Positions 37,328 through 45,947 of a stretch of DNA of 58,296 nt are shown one piece after another; the stretch's first letter is position 1, and each line of letters opens with the position of its first letter. Origin of the DNA: Eubacteriales bacterium (GTDB taxonomy: Bacteria; Bacillota; Clostridia; Oscillospirales; CAG-272); NCBI GenBank assembly GCA_045614625.1, contig JAZLDE010000147.1, forward strand, positions 1-58,296, given 5' to 3'. The notes below the pieces were generated by a model. It did no database searches. It was given only the letters and a program-made list of their open reading frames with translations, and was not told the origin of the DNA. Position numbers and translations under genes: made by a program.

Positions 37328-38047
37328 ATGGCACAGAAAAAAGAAAAATTATTTGGATTGCTCTGGGCGATTCTGTTTCTGTTGTATAACGGTGTCGTTG
37401 CGGCGGTTTTAATGATGTCCGATCTTGCTGCTTTAACCCCTTCGTTCTGGGTGGCTTTGGTATTTGCTGAAATTTCGCTTTTGGCACTGTTGGTTACGTT
37501 GCTGGCGCTTGGAAAAACGCTCACCGTACTCAGAGACTGGTTCTTTGGCTTCCCGATCCTTCGTCATTGTGCGCTGTACCTACTACTTACGATGGTTGCT
37601 TCCGGTTTGTTTATGGGCTTCCAGGATCGCGTTGTGTGGGGCATTGTGTTGGCAGTGCTGCTGCTGTTGCTGGCGGTGTACTTGCTGTTCGCACTCTCCT
37701 GCCTGATCGCCAAGCATACGGTTCAGGATATCGATGCTGGGATCAAGGAGAAGCGTCTTTTCATTGATTTGCTGCGTGTTGATGCCGAAATGCTTTGCGA
37801 ATACTGTGAGGATGCTGAGGCAAAGAAATCGTTTTCGAAGTATGCTGAAGCCGTTCGCTTCAGCGATCCCATGAGCAATGAAGCGCTGTTTGAACTGGAA
37901 AAGGAGATTCAGTTTGAAACCTCGAATGCCATGGATGCACTCAAGCAGGGCAATTTGTCGGATGCGCTGATTCATTGCGATCAGGCATCGAAGTTGCTTG
38001 CCGAGAGAAACAAAAAGTGCAAGGCTCTTAAGGGTCTGCGCGAATAA
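37328..38047 (+). CDS. Hypothetical membrane protein (239 aa; about 4 TM helices plus a helical cytoplasmic tail)
   Basis: An AAGGAG RBS is present. Hydrophobic helices cover aa 8-135, followed by a charged helical C-terminus. I recognise no family. Confidence 0.65.
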   Translation: MAQKKEKLFGLLWAILFLLYNGVVAAVLMMSDLAALTPSFWVALVFAEISLLALLVTLLALGKTLTVLRDWFFGFPILRHCALYLLLTMVASGLFMGFQDRVVWGIVLAVLLLLLAVYLLFALSCLIAKHTVQDIDAGIKEKRLFIDLLRVDAEMLCEYCEDAEAKKSFSKYAEAVRFSDPMSNEALFELEKEIQFETSNAMDALKQGNLSDALIHCDQASKLLAERNKKCKALKGLRE

Positions 38048-38063
38048 TCGAATAAAGTAAAAA

Positions 38064-38095
38064 ACATCCGATCTGTTGTGGATCGGATGTTTTTT
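38064..38095 (+). terminator. Rho-independent terminator of the HTH-SPFH operon
   Basis: ACATCCGATC-tgttgtg-GATCGGATGT followed by TTTTT. Confidence 0.75.
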
Positions 38096-38136
38096 GCTGA
38101 TCATTTTAAGCCTTGAACGGCCGTTTCCAATGGAAT

Positions 38137-38165
38137 TTGACAATTCCTTGCTTGTCGTGTATAAT
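38137..38165 (+). promoter_or_regulatory. Consensus sigma-70 promoter of the sigma-fusion gene
   Basis: TTGACA-17 nt-TATAAT. Confidence 0.55.
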
Positions 38166-38262
38166 AAAAACGAAAAAATTCCATTCCCCCCAACCTTGTC
38201 GCCCTTTTTGCCGTCTTATAGACAGCAACTTGCAAGATGCACGACAAAGAAAGGAAAATTTT

Positions 38263-41200
38263 ATGGCAAAGCTGAAGTATTTGGAGCACACGGACGAGAT
38301 ACTGGTGGCCCTGACGCTGTCGGGAGATCAGGATGCCTACGAGGCGTTGGTCGCGCGATACGAGAGGTCGGTGCTGGCTACCGCACGCCGTATCACGCAC
38401 GACGAATATCTGGCCGAGGATGCCTCGCAGGAGGCATTCGTGTCGGCGTGGATCAAGCTGGACTGTCTGCGCGAGCCCGCCCGTTTTGGCGCGTGGGTGC
38501 GCCGCATTGCCAAAAACTGTGCCGTCAATATCGTCACCCGTCTGCGCGAGTACGTCAGCTACGATGTGCTGGAAAATGCCGTTCATGCAGGCAACTGCGA
38601 CATTGCCGAGGAGAACGAGGACGAGCAAGGAGAGTATATTGCGCTACTACACGAGAGCATCGGCAAGTTACCCGCAAGAGTGCGCGAGATCATCACCCTT
38701 CATTATTTTGAGGGACTGTCCGTTGCCGATATTGCGACGCGACTTGGACTTGCTGTGGGCACGGTCAAGTGGCAGCTACACGACGGCAGAGAGCGCATCC
38801 GAAAAGAAATGGGTGTTATGGAAAAGAAAGTGGATAAAACGCTGGTCGAGCGCGTCATGAAGGAAGTAGAGGAGCTCAAGTTGTGGGGGCTCAAAAACGA
38901 TAAGACGGGCTTTTCCGAGGCGTATGAGAAAACGCTCAAGGCGGTGGAGGAGCTGCCCGAGTGTGGGGAAAAGGATCACGCCATGGCCGACGTGCTCATG
39001 CGGGGCTTTTGGTGGCTGCCCGGGAAGAGAAACGACGAGCTGCTTGCCCGCATCAAAGAATACGCGCTCAAAGGACACAACGACGAGGTCATGGAGAGCG
39101 TATGCGCGGCCGAGGATTCAAAAATGTGGGGCGATCGCCGCATCCCATGGATACGCGACACGCAGATCCCTTACCTTGAGAAGCATGGTTTTGTTAAGGC
39201 GTTGGGCAGAGAATGGTTTTGGTTGGGGCATGCGTATTTCAGAAAAGGGCAGACTCACGAGGGCTTTGCCGCCCTTGACAAGGTGTTGGAGATCTTGACC
39301 CCAAAAGAGGTATACTATGCCAACGCGCTGTCTGCGATACGGATCGAACGGATGCATCAAAATAAGCAGATGCAGGGCAGAGAGGAAAAATGGTATACCA
39401 TGTGCGGGGACGGCGCGCATTACCGCATCCTTGACGGCGAGCTCCGCTGCTGGAGCCGGCCGGGATATAGTGTCGGACAGCTGAGAAACGTGGTGGACGG
39501 TCAAAATATTTTCAGCCATGCTTGCCGCTGTGATAACCGATTTTTTATTCCTAATGCCGCCGTGGGGGATACGATCACGGATCAGGATTGTACGCTGACC
39601 TTCGTCGCAAAGGGCGAAACGGTAAAGACGCCGTGCGGCACGTTTGATGGCTGTGAGATGTGGGAGATCGTGAGCGAGAGTGAGATCTGCCAGACCTGGT
39701 ATGCCGATGGCGTGGGTATCGTCAAGCAGCGTATGAACACGCAGGGCGAATGGTCGGAGCGGTTGCTTAAACACTACCAAATCGTTGGCGGACAGGGGCG
39801 GATTCCCTGTGCTGCGGGCAACGTGTGGGAATACGTTGGGCATGAGGATGCGCAATACATCACGTCGGACGTGAGGTATGAGATGGTGTACAGCGACAAG
39901 GAGGGCGTCACGCTTTCGGGCTTCTTCGCCGTTGAGCGCTTGAAATATGACGAGAACAGCTGGAGCGACATGGTGCTCCAAATGCGCAGTGATTTCACAA
40001 AGATAAGCGAAGCCGGATGGGCACAGATGGTGGACGTTTCCCATGCCGTCGATCGCGCCGAGGCACTGGCCAAAACGCCCTACGAGAAGGCCTACAGCCG
40101 CGCGGCGTGTGACGTTATGCGAAGAATTTTGTCCACCGACAAAGAGATGAATCCCAAACGCACGGTCACGGGACATTGGAATGTGTTTGACGTTAAGCGC
40201 TTGACGCGGGAAAAGGGAAAGCTCCGCGAGATCTGGAATCATTACGGCACCTGCTCGTTTGCCTGGACGTGCATCGATCACAACGATGATAAGGTAGTGA
40301 TGTTCAATGACGTCTATGGCTTTTTGCAGGAAGGCGCAAACTGCCTTTGGTCGGATGATTGGAAGGACGGCTATGCCAAAACGATCGAATTTCAGCGCCA
40401 TGGATTCGTTAATCGGACACAGATCACATGCCGAAGCGTTGGACGAGTAAGTACCAAGGCGGGCGTATTTGACGATTGCCTTGAGGTTACACTGGAAATT
40501 CAAAATCCGGAAAATCGTAGCAATTATCGCTGCGGCAAAAAGACGTATACCTTTGCCCCGGGCGTGGGTATCGTCCGCTTCGTGAGCGAAGACCCAAGAA
40601 ATCATGTGACGCACGAGCTGGCAAGCTACGTCGGTACGGGCGAAGGCTATATGCCTATGCTTGATGGCATGGATCGTCGCTTTGAGGCGATCGGATTGAC
40701 GGGCGGCTACATCAGCGCTGTGGACTATGCCGTTCGTAGGCGCGGGGACGGAAGCCTTTGCCTGATCGAGGATCGCTGCGGCATCCGCGTACTACCGCCC
40801 TACGATGAGAACGATTGGCACAGCATGGTGATATATATGGGAGAGCGTGCCTTTGGCAGAAAGAATGGCGAAGCGCATTTTTACGACGTTTCGCATCTGA
40901 TGGAGCGCTGTCAAGCGCTTGCCAAAACGCCTTATGAAAAGGCACATACAAGGCTTTCCTGCGGCAGTATGCGCCGTATTCTCGAAACCGATGCCAAGTA
41001 CAATCCCGAGCGCACGCACAGCGGGCATATGGACGGATTCTGCGTTCGGTATATAGAGGAGAAGACGGGGCGCGTGGATCTTTTGGAGCAGGAGAATGAT
41101 GCGTTTGAAAACTGGAATATGCACGGTACGGGAGACTGGGGCGCGCCCATGTTCTTCAACGACGTCTACGGCATCTGGGCAGATGCTGCAAACGGCCTTT

Positions 41201-41655
41201 GGAACGAGGTGATCAGGCCAGGTGTGACGATCACGCTGGAGCACAAGCGCCACGGCTACGACGTGACCACAGAGCTTTCCTGCCGCGAGGTCGGCAGCGT
41301 CACCACAGCAGTGGATACCTTTATGAACTGTATCGAGGTAGCAGTTGAGATTAAGGGAATGCCGTATGAGATCTGCTTCCATAACGGCACCAAAAAGTTC
41401 TACTTTGCCCCCGGTGTGGGTATGATCCGCACGGTGCAGGATCACAAGGATCACACGCTGCAGGGCATTTACGATCTGGTGGCCTATGAAGGCACGGGAG
41501 AGGGCTACATGCCGCTTTGCGAGGGCATGACCCGTCGGTACGAGGCGCAGTTTATGCGCGAGGGCTATATTGCCGCGGCCGAGTACGCCATTGAGCGCGA
41601 TAGCGAGGGCAAGCTCTGCCTGATCGAGGACAGATGCGGAATCAAGAAATTATAA
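38263..41655 (+). CDS. ECF-type sigma-70 family factor fused to a ~900-aa non-membrane C-terminal extension (1130 aa)
   Basis: Region 2 (DASQEAFVSAWIKL...FGAWVRRIAKNCAVN) and region 4 (LPARVREIITLHYFEGLSVADIATRLGLAVGTVKWQLHDGR) are present. The ATG at 38263 follows AAGAAAGGAAAA. A helical segment is followed by a tandemly duplicated ~285-aa module. Confidence 0.8.
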   Translation: MAKLKYLEHTDEILVALTLSGDQDAYEALVARYERSVLATARRITHDEYLAEDASQEAFVSAWIKLDCLREPARFGAWVRRIAKNCAVNIVTRLREYVSYDVLENAVHAGNCDIAEENEDEQGEYIALLHESIGKLPARVREIITLHYFEGLSVADIATRLGLAVGTVKWQLHDGRERIRKEMGVMEKKVDKTLVERVMKEVEELKLWGLKNDKTGFSEAYEKTLKAVEELPECGEKDHAMADVLMRGFWWLPGKRNDELLARIKEYALKGHNDEVMESVCAAEDSKMWGDRRIPWIRDTQIPYLEKHGFVKALGREWFWLGHAYFRKGQTHEGFAALDKVLEILTPKEVYYANALSAIRIERMHQNKQMQGREEKWYTMCGDGAHYRILDGELRCWSRPGYSVGQLRNVVDGQNIFSHACRCDNRFFIPNAAVGDTITDQDCTLTFVAKGETVKTPCGTFDGCEMWEIVSESEICQTWYADGVGIVKQRMNTQGEWSERLLKHYQIVGGQGRIPCAAGNVWEYVGHEDAQYITSDVRYEMVYSDKEGVTLSGFFAVERLKYDENSWSDMVLQMRSDFTKISEAGWAQMVDVSHAVDRAEALAKTPYEKAYSRAACDVMRRILSTDKEMNPKRTVTGHWNVFDVKRLTREKGKLREIWNHYGTCSFAWTCIDHNDDKVVMFNDVYGFLQEGANCLWSDDWKDGYAKTIEFQRHGFVNRTQITCRSVGRVSTKAGVFDDCLEVTLEIQNPENRSNYRCGKKTYTFAPGVGIVRFVSEDPRNHVTHELASYVGTGEGYMPMLDGMDRRFEAIGLTGGYISAVDYAVRRRGDGSLCLIEDRCGIRVLPPYDENDWHSMVIYMGERAFGRKNGEAHFYDVSHLMERCQALAKTPYEKAHTRLSCGSMRRILETDAKYNPERTHSGHMDGFCVRYIEEKTGRVDLLEQENDAFENWNMHGTGDWGAPMFFNDVYGIWADAANGLWNEVIRPGVTITLEHKRHGYDVTTELSCREVGSVTTAVDTFMNCIEVAVEIKGMPYEICFHNGTKKFYFAPGVGMIRTVQDHKDHTLQGIYDLVAYEGTGEGYMPLCEGMTRRYEAQFMREGYIAAAEYAIERDSEGKLCLIEDRCGIKKL

Positions 41656-41660
41656 AAACA

Positions 41661-41690
41661 CCCTCCGATTCGAATTTTCGGATCGGAGGG
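41661..41690. terminator. Bidirectional hairpin between convergent genes
   Basis: CCCTCCGAT-12 nt-ATCGGAGGG, with an A-run upstream. Confidence 0.6.
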
Positions 41691-41705
41691 TATCGTTATG
41701 CGTGT

Positions 41706-43076
41706 TCAGTTGATCGGCACGTCGCCGTCGGTGCAGTGAACGACGGTAATGGGAGTATCTTTATTCCAACTCCACGCGGGTTCGGAATATTTGTTGATGG
41801 CGTTCCATTGTGCCATAGTTCCTTGGAAAGTAATACTTGTCAATTTGCTACAATTACTAAACGCCAATAGACTGATTTCTGTAACGCTCTCAGGAATCGT
41901 AACGCTCGATAAGTTGGAGCAATTCCAAAAGGCGTTCATGCCGATCATTGTAACACCGCCCGGAATGACGATACTTGTCAAATCTGCACAGTTACAGAAT
42001 GCGCGAATGTCGATGATGGTGATCTCCTCGGGAATAACGCTTGTTTTACAGCCAAGGATCAGGATGTTACGCTTCTTTTGGATCAGACAATTTCCTTGAC
42101 TGTAATAGGCTGGATTGTTTTCTTCAACAATAATACTTGTTAAATTGTTGCAATCACGGAACGCGTGATCGCCAATGTACGTCACACTGCCGGATATGAA
42201 GAGGGTTGTCAATCCCGAGCAGCGAAAGAACGCTCCTTCACCGATGGATGTCACGCTGTTGGGAATGGAAATGCTTGTCAGACTAGTGCATTGATGAAAG
42301 GCGTTGCTGTCAATGGTTGTCACACTGTCGGGAATGACGATGCTTTTCAGAGCAAAGCAAGCCTCGAACGTTTTTTCATTGATCGCTGTCACACGGCTGG
42401 GAAGGGAAATGCTTGTTAGAGCGTTGCAACGGCTGAATGCCTCAGGTCCGATGAAGGTCACACTATCAGGGATGGAGATGCTTGTCAAGGCAGAGCAACC
42501 CGAAAATGCAGAGGACCGAATAGAGGTAACGCCATTGGGGATGACAATGTTTGTCAAAGAGGTGCAATTTCTGAACGCGTTTTCCCCAATCAATGATACA
42601 CTGTCGGGAATGATAATGTTTTTCAAGGCGGTGCAATCGGAGAATGTGCCATAGTCAATGATTGTCACGCTGTCGGGAATATTGATGCTGATCAAACCGG
42701 TGCAACCGGAAAATGCGAGGCTTTTAATGCTCGTTACGCTATCCGGAATCGTAATACTGGTTAAACCGGTGCAACTGCCGAACGCAAAGCGGCCAATACT
42801 GGTAACACTGTCGGGAATGGTGATACTTGTCAAATCGGAACAACCGGAAAATGCGAGATTTCCAATAGCTGTAACCGCTTTTCCGTTGTATTCGGCGGGA
42901 ATTACAATATCTGTACCTTGATAAGTGCCAACGCCGACAACAGTGTACGTTTCTCCAACTTGTTCGTATGCCAGTTCTCCGTCGTCGATTGGTGTGTTTG
43001 TAGGAGTGCAGGCCAATACGAGGTTCATCAGTGTAAATGCCAAAAGAAAGATAAGCAAGATTTTGAGAACTTTCAT
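41706..43076 (-). CDS. BspA-type leucine-rich-repeat (LRR_5) surface lipoprotein
   Basis: Lipobox signal MKVLKILLIFLLAFTLMNLVLAC. About 15-17 tandem ~23-aa repeats of the form IPDSVTSIGxxAFxxCTxLTSI. Confidence 0.85.
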   Translation of the reverse strand: MKVLKILLIFLLAFTLMNLVLACTPTNTPIDDGELAYEQVGETYTVVGVGTYQGTDIVIPAEYNGKAVTAIGNLAFSGCSDLTSITIPDSVTSIGRFAFGSCTGLTSITIPDSVTSIKSLAFSGCTGLISINIPDSVTIIDYGTFSDCTALKNIIIPDSVSLIGENAFRNCTSLTNIVIPNGVTSIRSSAFSGCSALTSISIPDSVTFIGPEAFSRCNALTSISLPSRVTAINEKTFEACFALKSIVIPDSVTTIDSNAFHQCTSLTSISIPNSVTSIGEGAFFRCSGLTTLFISGSVTYIGDHAFRDCNNLTSIIVEENNPAYYSQGNCLIQKKRNILILGCKTSVIPEEITIIDIRAFCNCADLTSIVIPGGVTMIGMNAFWNCSNLSSVTIPESVTEISLLAFSNCSKLTSITFQGTMAQWNAINKYSEPAWSWNKDTPITVVHCTDGDVPIN

Positions 43077-43124
43077 TTTCTACCTCCTAATAATATATTT
43101 AATACAGTTGTTCCGTTGGTTTAC

Positions 43125-44252
43125 TTATTCTACCGACGCATTATACGCATCCACGAAGTCGCGGACGAGTTTGATGCGCTCGATGTTGCCCGTTGAGGAC
43201 ATTTCGTCCGAGATGCCGAGGATCAGGCGAGGAGCGAACTTGTCGATGAGCTCCTTGACGGTGTCAAGCAGCTGCTCTTCGGGGTAGATGTCGTCAAACA
43301 GAATGGCGGGGATGCCGTCAACGAGGAAGACCTCGTCGCCCAGCGCCTCCTTGATCTCGTCGATGGTGACGTCGCCCTGGGGCACGGGGGTGATGGCCTC
43401 GATGCCGTCCAGGCCGCACTTGTTGGCAAACTTGAGGAGAGGCTTGCAGTCGCCGTCCCAGTGGGCAAAGGTGAATTTGCCTGCCTTGTGCAGTGCCTCG
43501 TTGCGGCGGAGATATGCGGGCAGAACGTACTTTTCAAACAGACGGGGCGAGAGCACGCCGCCGTGGACGTTGTCACCGAAGTTGATCCATTCCAGGGGCG
43601 ACGCATTGATGACCTCGATCATGCGCATGACACTGTTCTCGGCAGCCTCGAAGTATTCCTCCATGGTCTCGGGGAAGTCGGTCAGTCCGTAAATGGTGCC
43701 CTCGACGCCCATGACCTCGACGATGGTCTTCTGAATGGTAACGCGGGGAACGAAGATGGAGGGAAGACCGAGATCGCCCCAGTATTCCTGCATCTTGTCA
43801 TAGTGATCCTGATTCCAACGCCATAGGGTGTTGTTCTCCAGCCAGATCATGGTCTTGAGCTGTTCCTCGGTCTCGGCGGGCCAGGTCTTGAAATAAGCAC
43901 CGCCGTTGGAGTCGTTGCTGTGCCACAGGTAGCAGATGTTACCGACGGGCGTTTCGATATGGACCTCGGTTTCAAGGTCGGATATCTTCTTGTGGTAGCG
44001 CTTGACGGGCTCCTTGTCGTAGGCTTGAACGCAACCGTTGTATTCGTACACGCGAGGGGATACGTCCAGCGTGCAGTAGAGGTCGTGGCGGTCGAGGCCG
44101 TCGTAGGGGGCGGGGAGGGTCTTATCGCGGAACATACGGTCGGTGTACCAGCAGTCGATTCGGGGCTGGAACAGAACTTTTTTGCCCGCTTCACCGCGGA
44201 TGATGGCACGGTTGAGAGAGCGGAAATCGCGTTTGGGTTGCATGGTGGCCAT
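43125..44252 (-). CDS. Uroporphyrinogen decarboxylase (URO-D) family protein
   Basis: The C-terminal half (FAHWDGDCKPLL...LDGIEAI...LGISDEMSSTGNIERI) fits the URO-D/MtaA-like TIM-barrel pattern. Confidence 0.55.
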   Translation of the reverse strand: MATMQPKRDFRSLNRAIIRGEAGKKVLFQPRIDCWYTDRMFRDKTLPAPYDGLDRHDLYCTLDVSPRVYEYNGCVQAYDKEPVKRYHKKISDLETEVHIETPVGNICYLWHSNDSNGGAYFKTWPAETEEQLKTMIWLENNTLWRWNQDHYDKMQEYWGDLGLPSIFVPRVTIQKTIVEVMGVEGTIYGLTDFPETMEEYFEAAENSVMRMIEVINASPLEWINFGDNVHGGVLSPRLFEKYVLPAYLRRNEALHKAGKFTFAHWDGDCKPLLKFANKCGLDGIEAITPVPQGDVTIDEIKEALGDEVFLVDGIPAILFDDIYPEEQLLDTVKELIDKFAPRLILGISDEMSSTGNIERIKLVRDFVDAYNASVE

Positions 44253-44675
44253 AGGTGTGGTCTCCTTTGGGATTGGATTTGTGATATCTGAATTTTAAAC
44301 AACTTCTTCTACAGCCTCGCACTGCTTCGCGCGCTCGGTGTGCTGTATTGTTGTTCATTCTTTGTCATCCGACAAAGAACGAACCAAGAAAACGGACTTA
44401 AGGGCCTAATGCCCTTAAGAAACCCGCAAGATTTCTTACTTGGGCATGTCTGCCGCTCGTGGTGGCATTCTGTCGAGCGATGCAGGATAAGCTTTTATGT
44501 CTTTCTCCTATTTCTCTTTGAAGAGCGGCACGGCGGCGGCTTCCAAAGGCGGCAGCCTTTGGAGTCTTTCTTGGCTACTTCTTGGGGTGCGCCAAGAAGT
44601 AGCATAAAACGTGCTGCACAGCGCACGCGCAAGGCTGTGTGCGCGTCAAAAGGAGAAGGAGCTTGAAATATTGAT

Positions 44676-45467
44676 TTACTTCTCCATCTCCGCGAGCATC
44701 TGCTTGACGAAGGGGAACTTATCGTCCTCGGTCAGATCCAAGAGATCAATGACGGGGTTCATCTTGCGCGCGAACACGTTATGGAAGCCCTCGGGGTGAT
44801 GGGCGTCGCTGGCGAAATAGAACTTGCAGCCAAGATCCTTGGCGATAAAATAGGGGCGCAGGATCTCCTTGAGGTCGTCGGGGTTGTAGCCGGCGGGGGT
44901 GAAATTGAGCTCTACGCCCATACCGCGATCGCGCACCTTGGTAAAAATGTCGATGAGCTCGGCGTCGGAAAACAGCGTCAGGAAGCGAATGGGCTCGTCG
45001 TTGCAAGCAAGTGAGTCGGTGAAGTGGGGCAGACCCGTCTTATAGAAGGGAAGATCCATGGCGAGCATGGTGTGCAGGCGCTCCTTGTAGCGCGTTTTGC
45101 GCGAAAGAGCGTCGCCCGGCGTGACGGCAGGGTCGATGGAATAGCCGCGCAGATTGAGATGGTCGGTCGAGATGATGGCAAAATCCAGCGCCTCGATCTC
45201 CTCTTTGGTGGCACTGAGCGTGTCCGTCTTGTCCATATCAACCTCGGCGCCAAACAAAAATCTGCATTTCTTGCTTTGGGGCAGGGGCAGATGGGCGCGA
45301 AGCTTGGACATGGGGGTATTGGGCCAGCAGTGATCGGTGACGCAAAGCAGGGAAAGCCCTGCAGTCAGACCGTAGGACAGAATGGCAGCGGGGGTCTGTC
45401 TGTCGTCGGCGGAGCAGGGGGACAGGTAAGAGTGGATATGCAGGTCGTGGTCAAGTACGTAACGCAT
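44676..45467 (-). CDS. PHP-domain metal-dependent phosphoesterase
   Basis: The N-terminal DLHIHSYLSPCS...VTDH motif is typical of PHP family hydrolases. Confidence 0.6.
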   Translation of the reverse strand: MRYVLDHDLHIHSYLSPCSADDRQTPAAILSYGLTAGLSLLCVTDHCWPNTPMSKLRAHLPLPQSKKCRFLFGAEVDMDKTDTLSATKEEIEALDFAIISTDHLNLRGYSIDPAVTPGDALSRKTRYKERLHTMLAMDLPFYKTGLPHFTDSLACNDEPIRFLTLFSDAELIDIFTKVRDRGMGVELNFTPAGYNPDDLKEILRPYFIAKDLGCKFYFASDAHHPEGFHNVFARKMNPVIDLLDLTEDDKFPFVKQMLAEMEK

Positions 45468-45534
45468 GGGGACACCGTCCTTTCATTATTTAATATAAGT
45501 ATAGCACACTTTTTCTCTGCACGCAATAGGTAAA

Positions 45535-45570
45535 AGAAAAAACCGACTCCGCAAGTTGAGTCGGTTTTTT
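45535..45570. terminator. Bidirectional terminator downstream of rpsT
   Basis: AAAAAACCGACTC-cgcaagtt-GAGTCGGTTTTTT. Confidence 0.75.
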
Positions 45571-45585
45571 CTATTTTGTTATGCA

Positions 45586-45849
45586 TTACTGCATAGCGTT
45601 GAGCTTCTTGGTGAACTGGCTCTTCTTGTGAGCAACTTCGTTCTTGTGAATGATACCGTAAGCAGCAGCCTGGTCGAGCTTCTTAACAGCGTTCTTGTAA
45701 GCAGCCTGTGCAACAGCTACGTCGCCGGACTCGAGAGCAGCCTCGTACTTCTTGATCTCGGTCTTGAGCTGAGTCTTGACAGCCTTGTTACGCATGGTCT
45801 TGGCAGCCGTAACCTTGATACGCTTCTTTGCGGACTTAATGTTTGCCAT
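45586..45849 (-). CDS. rpsT: 30S ribosomal protein S20
   Basis: MANIKSAKKRIKVTAAKTMRNK is the canonical S20 start. Confidence 0.95.
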   Translation of the reverse strand: MANIKSAKKRIKVTAAKTMRNKAVKTQLKTEIKKYEAALESGDVAVAQAAYKNAVKKLDQAAAYGIIHKNEVAHKKSQFTKKLNAMQ

Positions 45850-45947
45850 TTTTCGTTACCTCCCTTTTGTCAGCATTATAATTATAATGATCGTATTCCG
45901 CACACGACTGAGAGGGTTCGCACGCGGATGTACCCATATACTCCAGC

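Noticed and set aside
36268-37524. 418-aa ORF on the minus strand
   Set aside because: It is antisense to the SPFH gene and the start of the next gene, and has no RBS or motifs.
28425-38095. Calling the region a Thoeris system, a prophage or an integrative element
   Set aside because: No ThsA-type effector (SIR2/SLOG/Macro) is present. I saw no integrase, recombinase, transposase or phage structural genes. Two core genes (PBP1A, TspO-like) sit in the middle. It is therefore treated as two small co-regulated cassettes of unknown type.
39118-40614. 498-aa ORF on the minus strand
   Set aside because: It is antisense to the sigma-fusion gene. The plus-strand frame has the sigma motifs and the internal protein repeat, and this one has neither.
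41706-43076. Regular ~69-nt periodic repeats that could be mistaken for a CRISPR-like or satellite array
   Set aside because: The periodicity is in frame and encodes LRR_5 protein repeats within a single long ORF with a lipoprotein signal. There is no repeat-spacer structure.
44340-44666. 108-aa plus-strand ORF in the PHP/URO-D intergenic region
   Set aside because: It has no RBS and is interrupted by perfect hairpins. The flanking genes are both on the minus strand. The region is better explained as structured non-coding RNA or leader.
44253-44675. Cobalamin riboswitch upstream of the URO-D/MtaA-like gene
   Set aside because: The idea is attractive because URO-D-like methyltransferases are often corrinoid-linked. 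However, I could not find a B12 box (GCCACTG-type) or the conserved GGGAA/GGTG core on either strand. It remains an unclassified structured region.
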